From Rhodothermales bacterium (lineage in GTDB: Bacteria; Bacteroidota; Rhodothermia; Rhodothermales; Bin80): a stretch of DNA of 64,000 bases. The notes below the pieces were generated by a model that saw nothing but the letters and a program-made list of their open reading frames with translations, was not told the DNA's origin and made no database searches. The stretch spans positions 1,819,571-1,883,570 of the forward strand of contig OZ253559.1 of the NCBI GenBank assembly GCA_965262785.1, given 5' to 3'. This document shows positions 58,607 through 64,000 of this stretch, piece by piece. Within the stretch, counting starts at the first letter, position 1. Every line of letters starts with the position of its first letter. Made by a program: the position numbers and the translations under genes.

Positions 58607-61297
58607 ATGAGGAAGGACCAAGTACAGGGCAAGGCCTTTGCGGCCTACAAGCCGGTGGACATAGAAGAAAAGTGGTATCGCTACTGGGAGGAGAACGACT
58701 TTTTTGGGGCTGATCGCCATTCAGGCAAGGAGCCACATGTCATCATGATGCCGCCGCCCAATGTCACCGGCGCATTGCATATGGGGCATGCCTTGCAGGA
58801 CACCATTCAGGATGCACTCACGCGCATTCGGCGCATGCAGGGGCGGGAGGCGCTATGGATGCCCGGGAAAGACCACGCCGGCATCGCCACGCAGAATGTG
58901 GTGGAGCGTGCACTGAAGGAGGAAGAGAATCGCACGCGCCATGAACTTGGGCGCGACGCTTTCGTCGCACGCGTCTGGGAATGGGTGGGTGAATACGGCG
59001 GGCGCATCCTTCAGCAAAAGCGGCGTCTGGGGGACTCATGCGACTGGAAGCGCGAACGTTTTACAATGGATGCGCGCTACGTAGAAAGCGTGCAGCGCGT
59101 CTTTGTAAAGCTCTACGAAGATGGGCTCATCTACCGGGGCTATTACCTGGTAAACTGGTGCCCGGTTGACCGCACCGCGTTGTCCGATGAAGAGGTCGAC
59201 AACGTTGAGCGTGATGGCTTTCTGTGGCACATCAGGTACCCGCTGGTAGATGGCACGGGCCACATCACCGTAGCCACCACCCGCCCCGAAACTATGCTTG
59301 GTGACACCGGCGTTGCCGTGAATCCCGAAGACGACCGATACGCAGGCCTCGTTGGAAAGGAGGTGCATCTGCCACTTACCAGCCGGATCATCCCGATCAT
59401 CGCGGACGACTATGTGCAGCCAGGGTTCGGAACGGGTGCACTGAAGGTCACGCCGGGCCACGACAAAAACGACTACGAGGTCGGCAAACGCCACAACTTG
59501 GAACCCGTCAATATGATGGCGCAGGATGGCACCATCAACGAGGCGGGTGGCATCTACGAAGGCCTGGACCGCTTTGTAGCCCGGGACAAGATGGTTGCCG
59601 ACATGACGGCGCAGGGCCTGATTGAGAAGGTCGAGCCGTACCGCGGCACGGTGCCCGTGTCGCAGCGCTCAAAGGCAATCATAGAGCCCATGCTTTCCCG
59701 GCAATGGTTCGTGCGGATGAAGCCGCTGGCGGCGCCTGCGATGGCCGCCGTGCGGGATGGGCGTGTGAAGTTTCATCCCAGGCGCTGGGAAAACGAGTAT
59801 TTCCGGTGGCTGGAGGAGATTCGTGACTGGTGTATCAGCCGGCAGCTCTGGTGGGGGCATCGCATTCCAGTGTGGTACTACACCAATCAGGATGGCGACG
59901 TTGACGAGTCTCGTGGCTTCGTGGTCAGCGTGGAGCAGCCTGAAGCGGGCATGGTCCAGGACGACGACGTGCTAGACACGTGGTTTTCGTCGTGGCTCTT
60001 CCCCTTTGCCACGCTGGGCTGGCCGAGTGAGGATGAGAACACCAAGGCCGACTTGGCCTTTTTCCATCCAACACATGTCCTGGTCTCGGGCTACGACATC
60101 CTATTCTTCTGGATCGCACGGATGATCATGGCGTCGCTCTACGTCATGGGCGAAGTGCCGTACCGCGACATCTTCATCACGGGGATGATCAAGGATAAGC
60201 TCGGAAGGTGGATGTCAAAGAGTTTGGGAAACGGGATTGACCCGCTAGACATGATCAACCAGTACGGGTCTGATGCGGTTCGCTTTTCGCTAACAGTGCT
60301 GTGCGCCCAAGGGCAGGACATCAAGCTGGATCCCACCGTCTTTGAGATGGGGCGCAACTTCGCCAACAAGGTCTGGAATGCCTTCAACGTCTTCGGGCGC
60401 TTCATGCAGCCGGGGCAGCAGTTCAAGAGAACACTTGCGTTGGAGGAGTTGGGCCTGGTGGAGCGGTGGATGCTTACACGGTTGGATGATGGCATCCAAG
60501 CCATCGAAGCAGACCTTGAGCGCTTTCGCCTGAACGAGGCGGTTACAAAGCTTTACACGCTGTTTCGCGGCGACTACTGCGACTGGTACTTGGAGCTCAT
60601 CAAGTCGCAGAAGGGACGAGCAATGGATGAAGACACCATCGCGCTGGCGGCAGAGGTCTACGAGAAGTTGCTGAAGCTCCTGCACCCATTTATGCCGTTT
60701 ATCACGGAAGAGCTGTGGCATCGGTTGCGGGCTCGTGCGCCCGGAGAGGCTTGCATTGTGGCTGCGTGGCCCGCTCGCACCCATGAGCGTGACGACTGGG
60801 CGCTTGAGGTCTTTGGCGAGGTGCAGGAGATGATTTCGAGTATTCGCAACATTCGAAGCCAATACCATGTGGCGCCCGGCAAGCGTATTAGAGCGATCAT
60901 TAACCTGCCGGAGGGTTTGGAGCAGCTGCAGGAGGCGCTAGAGGGCTGTGCCGACTATTTCGCTCGCCTGTCGGGTGTAGAAGAACTGGTAGTCGAATCG
61001 GGGGCCCAGCGCCCTGCGGCATGTGCTGTCGTCGTAACCAGCAGGGGCAACGAGGTTTACTTGCCATTGGCCGGGATGGTGGACATAGCGAAGGAGCTAG
61101 CCCGCCTAAGGGCTGAACTCGAGAAAAAACAAGCGTTGCTGGAGCGCGTTAAGCGCAAGCTGGAGAATGAGAAATTCATCGCGCGCGCGCCGAGTACGGT
61201 TGTAGCCCGCGAGCGTGAGAAGGAGGCAAAAGTAATTAGCACAATCAATATGCTGACGGCCAACGTTGAGATCTTGAGCAATGGAGCTGCTGGCTAG
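58607..61297 (+). CDS. valS: valine--tRNA ligase
   Basis: PPPNVTGALHMGHAL, an MSKSLGN (KMSKS-type) motif and a C-terminal coiled coil. 896 aa. Confidence 0.95.
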   Translation: MRKDQVQGKAFAAYKPVDIEEKWYRYWEENDFFGADRHSGKEPHVIMMPPPNVTGALHMGHALQDTIQDALTRIRRMQGREALWMPGKDHAGIATQNVVERALKEEENRTRHELGRDAFVARVWEWVGEYGGRILQQKRRLGDSCDWKRERFTMDARYVESVQRVFVKLYEDGLIYRGYYLVNWCPVDRTALSDEEVDNVERDGFLWHIRYPLVDGTGHITVATTRPETMLGDTGVAVNPEDDRYAGLVGKEVHLPLTSRIIPIIADDYVQPGFGTGALKVTPGHDKNDYEVGKRHNLEPVNMMAQDGTINEAGGIYEGLDRFVARDKMVADMTAQGLIEKVEPYRGTVPVSQRSKAIIEPMLSRQWFVRMKPLAAPAMAAVRDGRVKFHPRRWENEYFRWLEEIRDWCISRQLWWGHRIPVWYYTNQDGDVDESRGFVVSVEQPEAGMVQDDDVLDTWFSSWLFPFATLGWPSEDENTKADLAFFHPTHVLVSGYDILFFWIARMIMASLYVMGEVPYRDIFITGMIKDKLGRWMSKSLGNGIDPLDMINQYGSDAVRFSLTVLCAQGQDIKLDPTVFEMGRNFANKVWNAFNVFGRFMQPGQQFKRTLALEELGLVERWMLTRLDDGIQAIEADLERFRLNEAVTKLYTLFRGDYCDWYLELIKSQKGRAMDEDTIALAAEVYEKLLKLLHPFMPFITEELWHRLRARAPGEACIVAAWPARTHERDDWALEVFGEVQEMISSIRNIRSQYHVAPGKRIRAIINLPEGLEQLQEALEGCADYFARLSGVEELVVESGAQRPAACAVVVTSRGNEVYLPLAGMVDIAKELARLRAELEKKQALLERVKRKLENEKFIARAPSTVVAREREKEAKVISTINMLTANVEILSNGAAG

Positions 61298-61602
61298 CAC
61301 TGATTGGAATCGATTACGGCAATTGCACGATTCCCTCTGAACACGGCAGCCCTGTCGTGCGTGCCAGGCTCCGCTCCAACAGGTAACGGGCCAAGACCAA
61401 CGCACCTCCTTGCGAGCGAGAATGGTTGCTGGGTACCCAAAAACCCAGCTTGGCTCAGTGCCCTGCGGTAGAGGCGCAGGGACTCGTTGTAGACGGGTGC
61501 CTCGTCGATTTGCAAATCCGGGCACTGCCAGCGCGCAGCATCAGGCGGGCATTCTGTATCATCACGAGAGTCTACGCGGCCATTCGCCAGGGCGCAGAGC
61601 GG

Positions 61603-63342
61603 ATGGAAATACTTGGAATCTCCTGCTGGTATCATGATGCTGCAGCGTGCCTTGTGCGCGACGGCGTCATCGTGGCTGCGGCGCAGGAGGAGCGCTTCAC
61701 ACGCATCAAGCACGACGCCTCGTTTCCCAGGCATGCCATCGCGTATTGCCTGGACGCGGGTGGCCTGCAGGGTAAGGACCTGCACGCCGTGGCCTACTAT
61801 GACAAGCCGTTTCTGAAGTTTGAGCGTCTGATGGAGACGTATCTGGCCTACGCGCCACGCGGGTTGCCATCCTTTCTGAAATCGATGCCGCTCTGGCTAA
61901 AACGAAAGCTGTGGATCCCTGAGCTCCTTCGAAAGGAACTTGACTTCAAGGGAACACTGGTCTTTTCGGAGCACCACGAAAGCCACGCAGCCAGCGCGTT
62001 CTTTCCGTCACCCTTCACGCAGGCTGCCATTATCACGACAGATGGCGTGGGGGAGTGGGCTACCACAACCTACGGAACGGGCATGGACGCCGGGCTGGAG
62101 CTCATGGCGGAGATGCATTTTCCGCACTCGCTGGGGCTCTTGTACAGTGCGTTCACGGCTTTTTGCGGCTTTCGCGTGAACAGCGGCGAATACAAGCTTA
62201 TGGGGCTGGCCCCCTACGGTGAGCCGACTTTTGTTGACGTGATGCGGCGTCAGCTAATAGACCTCAAGGCGGACGGCTCCTTCCGCCTGAATATGGACTT
62301 CTTCACGTACCCGGCGGGGCTGCGCATGACGGGACGACGCATGGCCCGGCTGTTCGGGGGTCCGCCACGACAGCCTGAAGCTGCCCTGACGCAGCGCGAA
62401 TTGGACCTGGCCAGAAGCGTCCAGGTTGTCATCGAAGATGCCGTCATGAACATTGCCCGGCATGTCAAGCATGTCACGGAAGCACGCAACCTCTGCATGG
62501 CGGGCGGCGTGGCCCTTAACTGCGTGGCCAATTGCAAGCTTCTGCGCTCCGGGCTATTTGAGCGGCTATGGATTCAACCTGCTGCAGGAGACGCTGGTGG
62601 TGCGCTGGGCGCCGCCTTCATGGCGTGGCATGTGCTGCACGGGCAGCCGCGAACGCCTCAGCAGCCCGACGCGATGCGCGGCAGCTACCTGGGCCCGTCA
62701 TTTGAGGACGAGGAAATCGTTGCTTTTCTCACGGAGCGGGGCGCTTCATTTGAATTCTTGGATCATGATACGCTGTGTCGGCGTGTGGCCACGCTCCTGG
62801 CGGAGGGCAATGTCGTAGGCTGGGTTCAGGGGCGCATGGAGTTTGGTCCGCGGGCACTTGGCGCCCGAAGCATCCTGGCAGATCCACGCAGCAAAGACAT
62901 GCAGCGCCTATTGAATCTCAAAATCAAGATGCGGGAGAGTTTTCGCCCCTTTGCCCCGAGCGTAAAGGCGGAAGCGGCTCCGCGGTACTTTGAGCTGGGT
63001 TCTGAGAGTCCCTACATGCTGTTGGTCGGCGCGGTTCGGGGCGCTCGCTGCGACGGCAAGGGGTTGGACCAGCTTCAGCAAATCGCTTCCGATATTCCGG
63101 CCGTTACCCATGTTGACGGGTCGGCACGGGTTCAGACGGTCGAGGAATCCGCCAACCCGCTCTACTGGCGCCTGCTTGACGCGTTTGAAGCGCTGACTGG
63201 GTGTCCGGTCCTGGTAAACACCAGCTTCAACATGCGCGGCGAGCCAATAGTATGCACGCCGCAGGACGCCTTTACCTGCTTCCAGCGCGCTAACCTTGAT
63301 GCACTTGCCATGGGATCCTGCTTGCTGCTGCGGTCTGGCTAG
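61603..63342 (+). CDS. carbamoyltransferase (NodU/CmcH family)
   Basis: MEILGISCWYHDAAACLVRDG and SEHHESHAASAF are present. The internal ATG at 61603 is preferred. Confidence 0.8.
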   Translation: MEILGISCWYHDAAACLVRDGVIVAAAQEERFTRIKHDASFPRHAIAYCLDAGGLQGKDLHAVAYYDKPFLKFERLMETYLAYAPRGLPSFLKSMPLWLKRKLWIPELLRKELDFKGTLVFSEHHESHAASAFFPSPFTQAAIITTDGVGEWATTTYGTGMDAGLELMAEMHFPHSLGLLYSAFTAFCGFRVNSGEYKLMGLAPYGEPTFVDVMRRQLIDLKADGSFRLNMDFFTYPAGLRMTGRRMARLFGGPPRQPEAALTQRELDLARSVQVVIEDAVMNIARHVKHVTEARNLCMAGGVALNCVANCKLLRSGLFERLWIQPAAGDAGGALGAAFMAWHVLHGQPRTPQQPDAMRGSYLGPSFEDEEIVAFLTERGASFEFLDHDTLCRRVATLLAEGNVVGWVQGRMEFGPRALGARSILADPRSKDMQRLLNLKIKMRESFRPFAPSVKAEAAPRYFELGSESPYMLLVGAVRGARCDGKGLDQLQQIASDIPAVTHVDGSARVQTVEESANPLYWRLLDAFEALTGCPVLVNTSFNMRGEPIVCTPQDAFTCFQRANLDALAMGSCLLLRSG

Positions 63343-63422
63343 TCCCCGTCGCACCTGGCCGGCAGGGAGTTGTGCGCGGCAATGGAGAATACGGGCCCAG
63401 TGGGCTTTTTTGCAGCGAGCAC

Positions 63423-64000
63423 TTAGTAGACGGGAACCGTAGCATCCACGTCCCGACTCCAAGCCTGGATGCCGCCGGCGAGGCTTACCACGTTCGAAAA
63501 GCCTGCGCTCTCAAGCATTCGGACGGCCTTCCTGGAGCGCGCGCCGGAGCGGCAGTGCACTACGACGAGGTCTTTGCGGTGACAGTCCAATTCGGCCAGA
63601 CGCAGACTTAGCTCCGGCAGTGGAATCAGCAGGTCCGCGCCCAAGGAGGCGATGTCCGCTTCAAACGCGTGACGAACGTCCAAAACGAGCGGCGCGTGTC
63701 CGCGTTGGCGCAGCAGCTGCAGCGTTTGCACGGATATTTCGGGGACATTGGCAGCGCCCACCCTGCAGAATGCCTCATAGTCAATCAGGCCGGTGATGGT
63801 GGGAGCATCGCCACAAACAGCACATGCAGGAGAAGGGCGCACCGCAAGCGTCTGAAATGTGGCCCCAAGCGCATCAACCAGCAGCATGCGCCCGACCAGT
63901 GGAGCGCCGATTCCAAGAAGCAGCTTTATGACCTCGGTCGACTGTAGGCAGCCCACAATGCCGGGCAAGACACCCAAGACACCGCCTTCGGCGCATGACG
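63423..64000 (-). CDS. moeB: MoeB/ThiF-type adenylyltransferase with a C-terminal rhodanese domain; the 5' end lies outside the window
   Basis: GVLPGIVGCLQSTEVIKLLLGIG, CAVCG and a rhodanese active-site loop VVHCRSGARS are present. The frame is open to the window edge. Confidence 0.75.
   Translation of the reverse strand, partial: SCAEGGVLGVLPGIVGCLQSTEVIKLLLGIGAPLVGRMLLVDALGATFQTLAVRPSPACAVCGDAPTITGLIDYEAFCRVGAANVPEISVQTLQLLRQRGHAPLVLDVRHAFEADIASLGADLLIPLPELSLRLAELDCHRKDLVVVHCRSGARSRKAVRMLESAGFSNVVSLAGGIQAWSRDVDATVPVY

Overview
The window reads as a high-GC chromosome segment from the Bacteroidota/Rhodothermota lineage. This is an inference from a T9SS C-terminal sorting tail, BamD, a BshB1-type deacetylase and the gene order. 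Two housekeeping blocks flank a mosaic accessory segment of about 21 kb (26.6-47.3 kb). The left block (1-26.5 kb) holds tRNA-His/tRNA-Glu, nth, gpmI, sppA, hrcA-grpE-dnaJ, leuS, bshB1, efp-accB-accC, gcvH, guaA, bamD, nadD and an NhaC-type antiporter. The right block (47.4-64 kb) holds an S51 peptidase, a GATase, a TolC-like protein, prmC, a C-N hydrolase, htrA, aroC, valS, a carbamoyltransferase and moeB. The accessory segment looks AT-richer by eye. It carries five IS elements, and I could delimit four of them by hand from inverted repeats and target-site duplications. These are an ISNCY-type element with an IS1634-type element nested inside it, a second ISNCY-type copy, a 2.5-kb IS256-type element encoding two Mutator-type paralogues (one lacking two DDE residues), and an IS5-type element with an in-frame TAG. 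Three of the insertions split genes of a beta-propeller/thioredoxin cluster, and in silico excision restores every reading frame. The segment also holds a BlaI/BlaR1-type pair whose sensor ends in 16 tandem 29-aa repeats, including two identical 87-bp DNA units. In addition there is an AT-rich orphan secreted-protein gene bracketed by diverged direct repeats of about 190 nt. No CRISPR array, rRNA, integrase or recognisable defence operon was seen. The strongest candidates for something undescribed are the two-gene IS256-type element and the repeat-expanded BlaR1 sensor. All family assignments rest on motif recognition by eye and need HMM or BLAST confirmation.
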